The position numbers and the translations under genes are program-made. From Bacilli bacterium (GTDB lineage Bacteria; Bacillota_I; Bacilli_A; RFN20; CAG-826), in contig JAXFZD010000018.1 of assembly GCA_034185265.1 (NCBI GenBank), forward strand, positions 13,388-77,387: a stretch of DNA of 64,000 nt, given 5' to 3'. Of the stretch, positions 42,001-53,457 are shown one piece after another. Within the stretch, counting starts at the first letter, position 1; each line of letters begins with the position of its first letter. The notes below the pieces were generated by a model. That model was not told the origin of the DNA. It did not search any database and worked only from the letters and a program-made list of their open reading frames with translations.

Positions 42001-43754
42001 AAGCCTAATTCCTCCTTACTTAATTGTGATAATGCGATTTCTTGATAAACTGGGCAATTTCTAACTAAATCGTAGTGTTTACCAATACCGACCATTTGTC
42101 CGTGATCCAAGACAACGATTTGATCAGCATCCATGATTGTTCCAACTCTTTGAGCAATAATTACTCTAGTTGTATCTGGAAGCTTTTCAGCAATACGACC
42201 TCTAACGACTTTATCAGTTCTATAGTCAAGAGCTGAGAAAGAGTCATCAAAGATTAAGATTTCAGGTTTTGTTGCAACAGCACGGGCGATACATAATCTT
42301 TGTTTTTGTCCACCAGAGAAGTTAGTTCCTCCTTGAGCAACTTCGGAATCATATCCATTTCTCTTATTCATAACAAAGCCATCAGCATCAGCAATTTCTG
42401 CTGCCCATCTGACATCTTGGAGAGACATATTAGAATCTTTTAAAGCGATATTCTCTTTAATATTTCCTTTAAAGAGGAATCCTCTTTGAGGAGCATATCC
42501 AATACGATCTCTTAAATCTTTTTGTAAAACATCTTTAACATTAACTCCGTCGACAAGAACTTCACCACTTGTGCAGTCTGCCATACGAGGAATCATATTG
42601 ATAATTGTGGTTTTTCCACTACCTGTGGCACCGATAAAGGCAATTGTTTCTCCTTGTTTGACCTTAAAGGAAATATTGGAAACAGCTTCTTTTTCAGATC
42701 CAGGATAGGCAAAACCAACGTTTTTGAATTCGATTGTACCTTTTTCTTTAAATTCAACAGGTTTGTCTGTATCAAGAATGGAAACTTCATGAACGATAAC
42801 TTCATCGATACGTCTTGCACAAACTATAGCTCTTGGCCAAATGACGATAAGAGTAACAATAAGGATGAAGGACATAACGATTTGGTTAGCTAACATAACA
42901 AATCCGTTTGTTTGAGAGAATGCTTCACTAGCTTTTGAAGCATCTAATCCGTTAATTACATAGGCACTTACCCATAAGATAGAGAGTGAAAGACCCATCA
43001 TAACTAACATAACGAGTGGGGTAAATACAGAAATTACTCTACCTGTAAAGATTTGAACTTTGGTAAATGAAACGTTAACTTGCTCGAATTTTTCTTCTTG
43101 ATAAGTTTCGGCGTTAAATGCTCTAACGACTCTAACACCAGTTAAATTTTCTCTAGAAGAAACGTTAAGAAGGTCAGTTAGTCTCTGAACGATCTTATAT
43201 TTTGGGGTAACCATCATTAATAAGATAACGACGGAAGCAACAAGAATAACTAACCAAATAGCAGTTACTATTGTTAAAGAAGCGTTGGCATTTTGAACTA
43301 AAAGAATAACAGACCAGACCATAGTAACAGGTGCTAAGAATGCAGTCTTTAAGAATGTAAGCCAAGCAAGGTGGACATTTTGAATGTCGTTTGTAGTTCT
43401 AGTAATCAAAGATTCTGTAGAGAAGGAAGCAAAATCAGAAAGAGCAAATTCATTAACTCTTTTATAGAGCTTTTCTCTAAGAGCTGTTACTGTACTACTA
43501 GCAGTTGCACTAGCTACAAAACGAATAACGATTTGGACTAACGCCATTAAGACAGCGCAAAGGATCATATAGAAACCATAACGCCAAATCATATCAACGC
43601 CTTTAGTTTTGCTAGCTTGAACTGCTGCTGTGAGCAAACTGATGTTAGTAACAATTTGCATCATGAAGAAAACTTCAGCTAAAGTTAAAAGCAATATGAA
43701 AAATACACATAGCCAATCTTTAACCTTCAAGTTTTTGAAGAGTAGTTTAAACAT
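41997..43754 (-). CDS. ABC exporter ATP-binding/permease subunit (degenerate-site partner of a heterodimer)
   Basis: GATGSGKT, FSGGQKQ, LIFDDS and IAQR degenerate Walker B/switch. Confidence 0.95.
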   Translation of the reverse strand: MFKLLFKNLKVKDWLCVFFILLLTLAEVFFMMQIVTNISLLTAAVQASKTKGVDMIWRYGFYMILCAVLMALVQIVIRFVASATASSTVTALREKLYKRVNEFALSDFASFSTESLITRTTNDIQNVHLAWLTFLKTAFLAPVTMVWSVILLVQNANASLTIVTAIWLVILVASVVILLMMVTPKYKIVQRLTDLLNVSSRENLTGVRVVRAFNAETYQEEKFEQVNVSFTKVQIFTGRVISVFTPLVMLVMMGLSLSILWVSAYVINGLDASKASEAFSQTNGFVMLANQIVMSFILIVTLIVIWPRAIVCARRIDEVIVHEVSILDTDKPVEFKEKGTIEFKNVGFAYPGSEKEAVSNISFKVKQGETIAFIGATGSGKTTIINMIPRMADCTSGEVLVDGVNVKDVLQKDLRDRIGYAPQRGFLFKGNIKENIALKDSNMSLQDVRWAAEIADADGFVMNKRNGYDSEVAQGGTNFSGGQKQRLCIARAVATKPEILIFDDSFSALDYRTDKVVRGRIAEKLPDTTRVIIAQRVGTIMDADQIVVLDHGQMVGIGKHYDLVRNCPVYQEIALSQLSKEELGL

Positions 43755-43946
43755 AGCTTCTCCTTTCTAAAATAGCTTATATAAAGAAATAGATTATAAA
43801 TAATCTTTTCCTTTAAAAAACATGTCCTGCATTATACCATTCTCAACTATCTTTACAAGAGAACTTAAAATTTAAAAATAGATAAAAAAAGCCAGTTTTT
43901 GCAAAAGGAGGCGACCCGTATATTCAAATTCTTTAAAAATGAATTT

Positions 43947-44684
43947 TTAATTTTTGCCAAATAGTAAAGCAGAAACTGCCAAAATCTGAGATCTTGAGAG
44001 ACTTCCAGTCATTTCATATTTAACAGATAAATCATAAAGAGTTATATAATTTCCGCTAATTGAAGCATAAAAACCGCCAAATACTTTGTTTATATTGCTT
44101 CCACTTAATTCATAAAGATATCCACCAAAAGCATTTTTAATTTGATTCCCTCTTATTTCATAGACAGGGCCAGATCCTTCTAACTTAACTAGATTACCTT
44201 CAATCCTATAGTAAACATTGTTTCGCATGTCATAAATACGATTTTCATCAACTCTAAGTAATGGTCCATAGCCAACTTGTTTTACATAAACTGTAGAGAC
44301 ATCGTAAATGGAAGATGATCTATTAGATAAAGAAGATCTAGAAACGTATTCAACTTTATCTTTAACTGGTTTTTTCTCTTCTAGTTTAACTTCTATTGGG
44401 GTCTCTTTAACATTCTCTTTAGGAGTTTCTTTAATATGTTCTTCGCCCTTATTATTGATTTCTTCTGTAATCACCTGAGAATTTCTTTTCTTTTTTGCAA
44501 AATATCTAGCAGTATATAAAGCAATAGAAAAGATTAAACATAGGACTCCTAGGATAAGTAAAGTTAGAGCTAAAGCGGATACTTTATTGTTCTTATCTAG
44601 ATGATAAACAAGCATATATCCACCATAAATAGTTCCAAATATGCCAAATACTGCAATAGCCCAATCAAAATAATATCTTCTCAT
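43947..44684 (-). CDS. Membrane protein with C-terminal short beta-repeat domain
   Basis: 2 N-terminal TM helices, charged linker, ~16-aa repeats (YRIEGN, YEIRGN, YELSGS, ASISGN). Confidence 0.65.
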   Translation of the reverse strand: MRRYYFDWAIAVFGIFGTIYGGYMLVYHLDKNNKVSALALTLLILGVLCLIFSIALYTARYFAKKKRNSQVITEEINNKGEEHIKETPKENVKETPIEVKLEEKKPVKDKVEYVSRSSLSNRSSSIYDVSTVYVKQVGYGPLLRVDENRIYDMRNNVYYRIEGNLVKLEGSGPVYEIRGNQIKNAFGGYLYELSGSNINKVFGGFYASISGNYITLYDLSVKYEMTGSLSRSQILAVSALLFGKN

Positions 44685-44895
44685 GTTCTTTTTTATTTTA
44701 TCAAAGAAACAATTTTTATTCTTCTAAAACCGCCAAAAAATAAAAGGCATTTTAACACTCCCAAGTTATGTAGAACTTATTTCGGCTTGTTTTTATAAAG
44801 TAATTAACAGCTCCAAGTAACTTTATAGTAGTGAATAAAAAGTTTGCACCAGTCGTCTATAAAACATGACTTTCCAAATTTGTTAAAGGAGAATA

Positions 44896-45834
44896 CTATT
44901 CGTCTTTTTCTTTTTTATTCTCTTCTATAGATTCTTCTATTTCTTTAACTTCTTTAGTTAGCTTTTTAAGAGTTTTCTCGTCTCTTTTCTTACTCATTTC
45001 GTTATAGAAGTTAACAATTAAAGAAGTAAATACTGCTACAACAGCAATCCCGCTTATTCCTAATATAACAGAAAGAATTCTTCCTAAAGTTGTTACAACA
45101 GAAACATCTCCAAATCCTATAGTAGTTATAACTGAGAATGAGTACCATAAACCATCTACATAGCTTTTCATCTTAGGTTCAATTAAGGTGAAATATAAAG
45201 AACAAAGTATGATTAAAATTAATAAAGCAGAGAAAATTTCTTTAACCAAAGACTTTCTAATGACATCACTAATAACATCAGCTTTAAGCTTTTTTGAATA
45301 AGGAAATAAGATATTTTTATTTGTTGCAACTAAGATCATTGCAGTAAAACATAAAACTATAAAATTCGAATTACTGACAGTTGTGGCGTGTTTTGCATAG
45401 ATTGCGGGGAAAAAGAAGACAAAAGAGAACAAAAACGCGAGAACTATTTCTTCAATATTTAAGATTATCATCTGAGCAGATTTCTCTCCTCTAAGCTTTA
45501 ACAAACAACGCACAATAATAGTTAAAGAATATCCAAACATTGAAGAAATTAAGAAATAGATATTGATTTTAGTTAAAGATACTAAGAAAGCTAAAACAAA
45601 GATAAAACAAGTCATGAATATATTCTCAAACATATTCTTTTTATAGTTATTTATATGCATGAAAATACGGTTAATTCCTAAACAAACAATCGAAGTAGCT
45701 AGAGTATAAATACAAGCAGAAGTATCAGACACCGATAAAGCAATCGTAGTTATACAAACAGCAATTGCAAATATTCCAAACATTAAACCTAGATAATGAG
45801 GAACATTTCTCGTATAAGTTACACCTTTTTCCAT
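44896..45834 (-). CDS. Potassium channel family protein
   Basis: DGLWYSF..ITTIGFGD selectivity filter flanked by TM helices. Confidence 0.88.
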   Translation of the reverse strand: MEKGVTYTRNVPHYLGLMFGIFAIAVCITTIALSVSDTSACIYTLATSIVCLGINRIFMHINNYKKNMFENIFMTCFIFVLAFLVSLTKINIYFLISSMFGYSLTIIVRCLLKLRGEKSAQMIILNIEEIVLAFLFSFVFFFPAIYAKHATTVSNSNFIVLCFTAMILVATNKNILFPYSKKLKADVISDVIRKSLVKEIFSALLILIILCSLYFTLIEPKMKSYVDGLWYSFSVITTIGFGDVSVVTTLGRILSVILGISGIAVVAVFTSLIVNFYNEMSKKRDEKTLKKLTKEVKEIEESIEENKKEKDE

Positions 45835-45955
45835 ATCTATCTACAATAAAATTATAAACGTATTATATATCTAACTTATTAAATTAGGTATAAATCCCTT
45901 AAGAGACTATAGTTTTCATTTCTATATACAATAGAATAAAGATAGTTATCTTAAT

Positions 45956-48265
45956 TTATTGGATAGTTTTTAAATAAGCATCTAATTTATCTAATTCAAA
46001 CCAATTTTCAAAAGGAAGGGAATAATCAATTTCAACTCCTTCATCATTAGAAATATATTTATCTCCCTGTTTAAGTTGAAGATTTATTGGGGAAGATAAT
46101 TTATAAGTTAATCCTGAAGAATCAACTCTATTAGCGACTGCACAACTTCCTCCAGCAGATTTCTCCCCTATTATCTTTGCGTATCCGTTATTTTTTGCTA
46201 GTGCAGCAAATTCATTTCCAGCAGAGAAATTTGCACCACAAAGAAGGTAGAAATTATATTTTCCTTGGAAAGAATCCCCATCTCCTCCATAAGTGCCATC
46301 TCCATTTAAATCTACTTTATAGTGGAAATCTAATAAAGATCCATCCATTGTATTTCTATAAGTTATACATGGATCTAAAGTCATAAAGGCAGCTAGATAA
46401 GGAATACATCTAACTTCTCCGCCTATATTTCCTGTTAAATCTATAACAATATTCTTTATTTCTTGGTGTTTTTTAATATCATTAAAAGCCACGCAGAATG
46501 CATAATATGGGCAATCATTTAACGCTCCCATGACTTTTGCTTGAGCTTCTTCATATGTTTCTGTTTTATAAACTGCGCTATTATATCCTTCAACTGGGAA
46601 TTTAGAGCCTGTACTATGAATAAATAGATGGAATCTAATATAGGCTGTTTCTCCACTAATTGCATAAGCATTTAGATTTCCAGAAGTTGATTTCATATTT
46701 CCGAGTCTAGAAACTTCATCATAATAATCCTTATTACGTTTTCCTTGATATTCCTTATTTTTTTCTAAAATATAAGAGGAAATTGGAGAAGAAGAATAAA
46801 CAGATTCTCCTCCATTCATTGAGGAATGTATGTCATCTATGTAGAAATTTATAAGTTTATCGAAGGCATTTTCATATTCCATAACATCTAGAGAAAGTAA
46901 ACCGCTTTTAAGCTCCTCATTCTCATTAATTAACTTATTTACATCGAGTTTTTCTTTTAATCCATATGTATAATCAAAGCTAAGTCTAAGTTCATCATAA
47001 CCTATCTTTGCAACAGCTAAACTTCTTTTACCTAAGCCATAATTAGTTTTTCTTTTATTAATCATTGTAAAGAAAGTATCGCTTATTGCGTCTTCCAGAT
47101 CTCTACTTTCTGTGAAAGTTTGGGCTCCAGTAAGATTTATAACTTTTTCATCTTCATTCCAAGAGAAGGCATAATGCATACCATTTTTCGCATTCATCGT
47201 CCCTTTTTTATCATTAAATAAAGATAGCGTTACGACTATTTGATTTTCTTTAGTTGAACTAGAAAGAGCCCCTTGGAAGCGATATATTTCATCACTTAAT
47301 ACATTTTCTACTTTCTTTAACGGAGTAGGAGCTTCACTAACTGTAAACATCCATGAAGAATTATAATCTCCACTTCTAGCATAAATTGAAGTGTACATAT
47401 TTCTCATCGCTGCATCAGAAAAATAATCGACCCCGTTATAGCAAACTCCAGCATTTACTGGACCCATTATAAGAGTATTAGCAACATTAATTGGAATATA
47501 TAAATGATGATCTTGGCTCACAATATCCATGTTATAGTCATCTAAATCTATTGTAATGTCTTTACCTTTTTCAAGTACTTTAGTCTTCTCAGAACCTTGG
47601 TAGATTTTGATGTTATTATTTGTTATATCTCCATCAATTCCATTATTAGTTCCTATCGTATCTCCATAAAAAGAAGTGGGATTTACAATAGAAATCGTAT
47701 TTTCATCCGCGTTAAACACCATTTTTCCGTTATCTTCAATTCTGGAATAAATAAATTCATTTTCCTCTTCTCCTTCAATGAATTTTCTATTCCTTTCAAT
47801 ATAAGGTTTAATCGCATAATGAAATTCATTCATGTCTATATAAGGAACATCGTCATAATCTTTATGAAGATAAGTTCTTAAGGAGGCTATTGAATCTTTA
47901 TCACTTAAACTCCTCATATAATATTTACTATCTGGATTAGATAATTTAATTAATCTACGAGTTTGATTGTCTTTATATGAATATGAACAAACTTTGCAAG
48001 TATGAGTTGTATATCCGTCATGCTCATAAGTAGGAGGAGTTACTTCATCAATAAAAATATGTTCTCCTTTATCACTTACTACATCACATCCACAAGTTGC
48101 TTTATGATAATGATAAATCTCATCATGACTCCACTCTTTACTATATGTATGTTCATGAAGTGAGCTAACTTCGCTAGAAGATGATTTGGAGCTAGGAGAA
48201 GAACACGCTACTAAAGGTAAAATTAGAGAAACAAGAATAATAGGTAATAATTTATTTCTTTTCAT
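45956..48265 (-). CDS. S41-family peptidase lipoprotein
   Basis: LVAC lipobox; His/Cys motif HEHTY...HTCKVC; IVIDLTGNIGG, FSAGNEF, IIGEKSAGGSC. Confidence 0.85.
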   Translation of the reverse strand: MKRNKLLPIILVSLILPLVACSSPSSKSSSSEVSSLHEHTYSKEWSHDEIYHYHKATCGCDVVSDKGEHIFIDEVTPPTYEHDGYTTHTCKVCSYSYKDNQTRRLIKLSNPDSKYYMRSLSDKDSIASLRTYLHKDYDDVPYIDMNEFHYAIKPYIERNRKFIEGEEENEFIYSRIEDNGKMVFNADENTISIVNPTSFYGDTIGTNNGIDGDITNNNIKIYQGSEKTKVLEKGKDITIDLDDYNMDIVSQDHHLYIPINVANTLIMGPVNAGVCYNGVDYFSDAAMRNMYTSIYARSGDYNSSWMFTVSEAPTPLKKVENVLSDEIYRFQGALSSSTKENQIVVTLSLFNDKKGTMNAKNGMHYAFSWNEDEKVINLTGAQTFTESRDLEDAISDTFFTMINKRKTNYGLGKRSLAVAKIGYDELRLSFDYTYGLKEKLDVNKLINENEELKSGLLSLDVMEYENAFDKLINFYIDDIHSSMNGGESVYSSSPISSYILEKNKEYQGKRNKDYYDEVSRLGNMKSTSGNLNAYAISGETAYIRFHLFIHSTGSKFPVEGYNSAVYKTETYEEAQAKVMGALNDCPYYAFCVAFNDIKKHQEIKNIVIDLTGNIGGEVRCIPYLAAFMTLDPCITYRNTMDGSLLDFHYKVDLNGDGTYGGDGDSFQGKYNFYLLCGANFSAGNEFAALAKNNGYAKIIGEKSAGGSCAVANRVDSSGLTYKLSSPINLQLKQGDKYISNDEGVEIDYSLPFENWFELDKLDAYLKTIQ

Positions 48266-48497
48266 AATAGCTGCCTCTTTTTTTGCATTTTAATTGTATT
48301 TCACGGATGAATTTGAGACAAATAGAATATTTCCGATTTAGAAATTTTTCTGAAAACATATAAAAAAGGCGCCCAAATTATTTGACTGCTAAGTGATTAA
48401 CTAAGAACCAATTATTTGATTAAAATTCAAGCGTTCTATATTAATATCAATAGAGATGGCATAACGCAAAAATGTAAAACCTTCTTGATTCAATATT

Positions 48498-49673
48498 TCA
48501 TCTCTTGTGTAACGCAAGACGGTATATTTCTAGCATATCTTCATAGGAAAGAGACTTATATCCAGATATAGTCTTAGTTTTATTTAAAGAACAACGCTCA
48601 GCTAGATAAAGTAGATCTGGTTCTTTAATTCCTAGTTCTTCTAATGAGGTTGGCATTCCTATACTCTGATAATATTCTTCTTGTTTTTTAATTCCTTCTA
48701 AGATAGCTTTATCATCATTTCCTTCTATATCCCAAATTTCATTTACGTATTTTATAAATCTTTCTCTTGCATATTTATAAACATATCTTGCCCAAGAGCA
48801 CCATAAAGCTGCTAAACCAGCTCCATGAGCTATATTAGGATCAAGGGCACTTAACTCATGCTCGAGTTGATGAACCGCCATAATCATTTCTCTTCCGGCA
48901 TGAGTTAATCCATTATGAGCAAGACTAGAAGCCCACATTAATTCAGCTCTAGATTCATAATCCATTGGGGATTTGCGGGCTTTTTTACCAAATTTAAACG
49001 TAGATTTGATTACGCTTAATGCAATTTCATCAGTTAAATAGCATTCCCCGGGAGAAAAAAATCTTTCAATTGTGTGCATCGCAATATCAACTATTCCACA
49101 AGAAGTTTGATAAGGGGAAACACTATAAGTAAGCTCAGGATTTTCAATTGCAAAATCAAATCTATTAAAGTCACTTGCAAATCCTTTTTTCTCTTTAGTT
49201 TTCAAATTTGAAATGACACAAGAATTAGACATCTCACTTCCGGCTGCTGAAATAGTAAGTATTGCTCCTTTTCTTAATGTTCTAACGGGCTTTTTGATAT
49301 ATCTATGGAAATCCCAAACATCAACACCGGGTTCAGCTATGCCATGGGCAATATCTTTAGCAGTATCTAATACAGATCCTCCCCCAATAGCCAAAATAAA
49401 ATCAACTTCTTCTTTAATTCCTAATTTAATTCCTTGATAGACTAATTCAATATCAGGGTTCGCCTTGACTCCATATAATTCAACAAAGTTTATTCCTTCT
49501 TCTTTTAGAGAATTTATAACCAAATCGTATAATCCTATTTTTTTAATTGAACCCCCACCATAAACAATCATGACTTTATGTGGCTCATAATCTTTTAAAA
49601 TTTTCCCAATTTTCTTTTCTTCGTCTTTCCCAAAAAATACTTTGGTTGGTGTGTAATAAACAAAATTATTCAT
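48498..49673 (-). CDS. Iron-containing alcohol dehydrogenase (butanol dehydrogenase-like)
   Basis: YGGGSIK, AIGGGSVLD, HQLEHELS...AHGAGLA. Confidence 0.92.
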   Translation of the reverse strand: MNNFVYYTPTKVFFGKDEEKKIGKILKDYEPHKVMIVYGGGSIKKIGLYDLVINSLKEEGINFVELYGVKANPDIELVYQGIKLGIKEEVDFILAIGGGSVLDTAKDIAHGIAEPGVDVWDFHRYIKKPVRTLRKGAILTISAAGSEMSNSCVISNLKTKEKKGFASDFNRFDFAIENPELTYSVSPYQTSCGIVDIAMHTIERFFSPGECYLTDEIALSVIKSTFKFGKKARKSPMDYESRAELMWASSLAHNGLTHAGREMIMAVHQLEHELSALDPNIAHGAGLAALWCSWARYVYKYARERFIKYVNEIWDIEGNDDKAILEGIKKQEEYYQSIGMPTSLEELGIKEPDLLYLAERCSLNKTKTISGYKSLSYEDMLEIYRLALHKR

Positions 49674-49688
49674 ATTCTAATCTAGCTC

Positions 49689-50714
49689 TTATTTGTGCGT
49701 ATCTTTTACAAATTCCAATAATTCTTTGACTTCTTCTTCCGTTGTAACAAAAGAAGTTACAAATCTTATTGTCGTTGCTTCTTTTTCTTCGCTCCACTTC
49801 TCGCATCCATACTTGTTTATATATATAAGAGCTTCTTCTTTGGGAAGAGAAACGAAAATTTGATTAGTTGGAGATTCTAGAGTTTTGATTCCTAATTCTT
49901 TAAAACCTTGTTTAACAAGATCAGCCATCTCGTTCGAATGTTTGGCTAATTCGAAATATAATCCATCTTTAAAAGCTTCTTCAAACTCAATCCCAATTAA
50001 ATATCCTTTAGAAAGCATAGCTCCTTTATTCTTTATGTGATATCTATAGTCTTTCTGAAGATCCTTGTTTATAACAACTAAAGCTTCTCCAATCATTAAA
50101 CCGTTTTTAGCTCCTCCAACATAAAAGGCGTCGCACAAAGATGCTAATTCCTGCGGTTTAATGTCATTTTCTGCAGAAGTTAGTGCATTCCCTAATCTAG
50201 CGCCATCTATATAGAGGTATAATCCAAGTCTCTTACAAGTATCATAGAGAGCTTTTAATTCTTCTTTTTTGTAAATCGTTCCGTACTCAGTTGAATTAGA
50301 AATATAAACTACTTTGGGTTTGACCATATGTTCATCACATTGTTTATTAACCGCTTCCTCAACTTGAGCAGGTAAAATCTTTCCATTTGAATTAGTCAAA
50401 AGGAGTAATGAAAAACCGCTCCCCGAAATCGCACCAGTTTCGTGAACATTGATATGAGCACTATCAGCACATATCACTCCTTCATAGTGCCTTAAAGCAG
50501 AAGAAAGAAACACCATATTAGTCTGAGTGCCTGTAGTTAAAAAGACAACCTCAGCATCAGGAACTCCAAAAATTTCCTTAATATATTTCTTGGCCTTATC
50601 GCTATGGTAATCAAGACCATAGACTTCATTGTTTTCATAATGAAAACGACTAATTGCTTCGATAATTCTTGGGTGCGCTAGAACGCTATAATCATTTTTA
50701 AAAGATGTAGACAT
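49689..50714 (-). CDS. Low-specificity threonine aldolase family
   Basis: FKNDYS, GTQTN, HINVHETG, STEYGT, IDGARL, GGAKNG. Confidence 0.9.
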   Translation of the reverse strand: MSTSFKNDYSVLAHPRIIEAISRFHYENNEVYGLDYHSDKAKKYIKEIFGVPDAEVVFLTTGTQTNMVFLSSALRHYEGVICADSAHINVHETGAISGSGFSLLLLTNSNGKILPAQVEEAVNKQCDEHMVKPKVVYISNSTEYGTIYKKEELKALYDTCKRLGLYLYIDGARLGNALTSAENDIKPQELASLCDAFYVGGAKNGLMIGEALVVINKDLQKDYRYHIKNKGAMLSKGYLIGIEFEEAFKDGLYFELAKHSNEMADLVKQGFKELGIKTLESPTNQIFVSLPKEEALIYINKYGCEKWSEEKEATTIRFVTSFVTTEEEVKELLEFVKDTHK

Positions 50715-50788
50715 ATATACTCCTGGAATAATTTAACACCAAGAAAATAAAAATCTAGCAATTTAATTAAAAGATTATTTACATATAT

Positions 50789-51904
50789 TTATATATTAAA
50801 TAAAGATATATCAATTAGTCGTTCAGCTTCAGTCCCACCGGCATGATGCCCTTTAAAATGTTCTTTGTAAGTGAACTCTTTAGAAGCATAAATTCCGTAT
50901 TCTTTTACAGCTATAGCAAGATAATCTCCAAAAGTATCAAGAACTCCTTTAGCTGGTTCCCCTTCTCCAAAAAGCTTTAAATCTAACACTTCTTTTTTAC
51001 TTAATAATTCAAAGTAATTTCCGTAGTATTTGTTAAATAACTCCGCAAATTCCGCTTCTTTTCCTCGTTTTACGAAAAATGACGAAGCTCTTTTTTCCAT
51101 GGAAATCGCCTTATCTAATAGAGAATACAAGTCTTCATGTTCGCATATATCAAAGCGCTTATAGTTTATATGTCCATGATCTGCTAAAAATATAAATACT
51201 GTGTCAGGATTATCTTTAACAACCTTTCTTAAAAACTTCTCTGATTTATGAACTTGATAACGAGAAATACAAGAATCTATACCAAATCTATGCATTTCTC
51301 TATCAGGAGAATCCCAATAAAAATAAACAAAACAGTTATCATTTTCTTTCAAGATTTTATTTAGCTTTTTCCTTCCTTGATGAAGTAATGTTTTAGGTCC
51401 ATCGCCTGTAATAGGATATCTCATTAAATAATAAGATTTAGTAACTTTATTTTCTTCGATTAATTCACCTATTTTTCTAGTAGGAAAATATCTATCCGCA
51501 ATACTTTGTTCTCCTTCTTTAAGAAGAGATTCGTGAGTATTGTAGTCTCTACTCATAAACAAAATAACATTTTTATCATAATCTTTAAAGTATGTGTCCC
51601 AAGCAATCCAGCCCGTTTCTATGGGATATTTTCCAGTTAAGAAAGCTGTTGTGGCAGCTGCGGTTGTCGGCGGAAAAGTTGAATTTATAGTTGTTACGTA
51701 GTTCTTTCTAATAAAAGAATCTTCTTTAAGATGCATTCTTGTAATGTTTTGTCCCATTCCATCAAATAGAACGGCAACAACCTTTTTATGGCCTTTTAAT
51801 AATTTATCTACTTCAGGAATGGAATCATGAAAGGTTTCTACTCCAAAACATTTAAGTATGGAGTTAGATAGATTTACTAATGAATTTTCATTGAATGCTT
51901 TCAT
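50789..51904 (-). CDS. Alkaline-phosphatase superfamily / type I phosphodiesterase
   Basis: LFDGMG, STFPPTT, D..MH..G, ADHG, GHHAG. Confidence 0.88.
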   Translation of the reverse strand: MKAFNENSLVNLSNSILKCFGVETFHDSIPEVDKLLKGHKKVVAVLFDGMGQNITRMHLKEDSFIRKNYVTTINSTFPPTTAAATTAFLTGKYPIETGWIAWDTYFKDYDKNVILFMSRDYNTHESLLKEGEQSIADRYFPTRKIGELIEENKVTKSYYLMRYPITGDGPKTLLHQGRKKLNKILKENDNCFVYFYWDSPDREMHRFGIDSCISRYQVHKSEKFLRKVVKDNPDTVFIFLADHGHINYKRFDICEHEDLYSLLDKAISMEKRASSFFVKRGKEAEFAELFNKYYGNYFELLSKKEVLDLKLFGEGEPAKGVLDTFGDYLAIAVKEYGIYASKEFTYKEHFKGHHAGGTEAERLIDISLFNI

Positions 51905-51957
51905 ATTTTTTCTCTACTTATCAATAATTTTATTAATAAAAATTATTTTTGCCTTGT

Positions 51958-53457
51958 TTAGAATCTATAAATCTTTGAATATTTGTTATTTAGATATTCT
52001 AGGAAGGCTTTAGGTGAAAGGTCTTCTCCTGTAATTTCTTTTAACCATTCTTTTGGTGTAAGAAGATTTGCATGAATGAATACATGATTTTTTAGCCAAT
52101 CTTTAATTGCGGCAAAATTACCTTCTTCTACGTATTTATTAAATGGAATTTCTTTCTTCATGGTTTGTAAATACATTGCGTTATAACAGTTACCTAGCGA
52201 ATAAGAAGGGAAATAGCCAAATCCGCTTGACCAGTGAACATCTTGCAATACTCCTACTGAATCATTAGGAACATCTACACCTAAATATTCTTTATATAAA
52301 GAGTTCCATTTAGCGGGAATATCATCTAATTTAACTTGGTTATGACATATAAGCTTTTCGATTTCATAACGAATTATAATGTGTAAAGCATAAGTAACTT
52401 CATCAGCTTCGGTTCTAATTAAAGAAGGTTTAACTATATTTACTGCTTCATAAAGTTCTTCCTCACTTACATCAGGGAATTCTTCTTTAAAAATTTCTTT
52501 AAATTTTGGATAAATAAGATGGATGTATTCTCTACTTCTACCGATTACATTTTCATAAAATCTAGAAACAGATTCGTGCATTCCACTAGTTATGTAATCG
52601 TTAATGAAATGTTCATAATCTTCATCTCTTTCATTTTGCATAAATATCGCATGCCCACCTTCGTGAATAGTAGAGAAAATAGAAGAAACAAACTGATTTT
52701 CATAATAATGAGTTGTGACTCTAGCGTCATTTTTCGCTACATCCATAGTAAAAGGATGTTCAGTTGTAGTTAAGGCCCCTCGAGAAAAGTCATATCCGTT
52801 AAGTTCTAATAAATAACGTGAAAATGCTTCTTGCTTATGAACTGGAACATGTCTATCCAAGAAATCTTCTCTAATTACATGCTTAGAATTTTTTATCTTA
52901 TTTAGTAATTCTAATAAACCTTCTTTAAGTTCAGCAAAAAATGGATCTAAATCTTCTTGAAGCAAACCTTCTTCATGGTCATCTAGAAGAGAATCATAAT
53001 AATCATCAAATTTATTTTCTCTATAAGAAACTTCTTCCTTTTGAATAGAAATTATTTTCTTTAAGGAATCTTTAAATAAAGAGAAATCACTGCTGTTTTT
53101 AGCATCAAACCAGTCGCTATATGCCTTAGAAAAGATTGCAGATCTCTTTAAATTAAATTCAGGAGTTATATTCTTTTCTTTAAGATATTTCTTGTAAAGT
53201 TTATCAATTAAGGCCTGATCTGCAGGGTTTTTGAGTTCTTCTTTATGATTATTAAGATCTACAATGAGTTTTTTAGTTTCTTCGTTATTAAGAATTTTAA
53301 ATAGTTCATTATCGAGAAAATTTAGAACATCGCTTTCTTCTTCTCTACCTTTTTCAGGAACAATAGTTTCAAAATCAAAATAGATGATACCTAAAGCGTG
53401 TCTATATAACTTTGCTAATTTTAATGTTTCTTTAAGTTTGTTTAGTTTTTCTTCCAT
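51958..53457 (-). CDS. M32 carboxypeptidase (carboxypeptidase Taq-like)
   Basis: HPF, HEGGH, HESVS, IRTEADE, QDVHW, GYFPSY. Confidence 0.95.
   Translation of the reverse strand: MEEKLNKLKETLKLAKLYRHALGIIYFDFETIVPEKGREEESDVLNFLDNELFKILNNEETKKLIVDLNNHKEELKNPADQALIDKLYKKYLKEKNITPEFNLKRSAIFSKAYSDWFDAKNSSDFSLFKDSLKKIISIQKEEVSYRENKFDDYYDSLLDDHEEGLLQEDLDPFFAELKEGLLELLNKIKNSKHVIREDFLDRHVPVHKQEAFSRYLLELNGYDFSRGALTTTEHPFTMDVAKNDARVTTHYYENQFVSSIFSTIHEGGHAIFMQNERDEDYEHFINDYITSGMHESVSRFYENVIGRSREYIHLIYPKFKEIFKEEFPDVSEEELYEAVNIVKPSLIRTEADEVTYALHIIIRYEIEKLICHNQVKLDDIPAKWNSLYKEYLGVDVPNDSVGVLQDVHWSSGFGYFPSYSLGNCYNAMYLQTMKKEIPFNKYVEEGNFAAIKDWLKNHVFIHANLLTPKEWLKEITGEDLSPKAFLEYLNNKYSKIYRF

Noticed and set aside
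40219-43754. ABC pair as exporter of the double-glycine peptides
   Set aside because: Neither subunit has an N-terminal C39 peptidase domain; it is an ordinary heterodimeric exporter 10 kb away
34888-48311. Shared TTCACGGATGAA 12-mer at 34888 and 48300 upstream of surface-protein genes
   Set aside because: A single 12-mer match is expected by chance in 64 kb of AT-rich DNA
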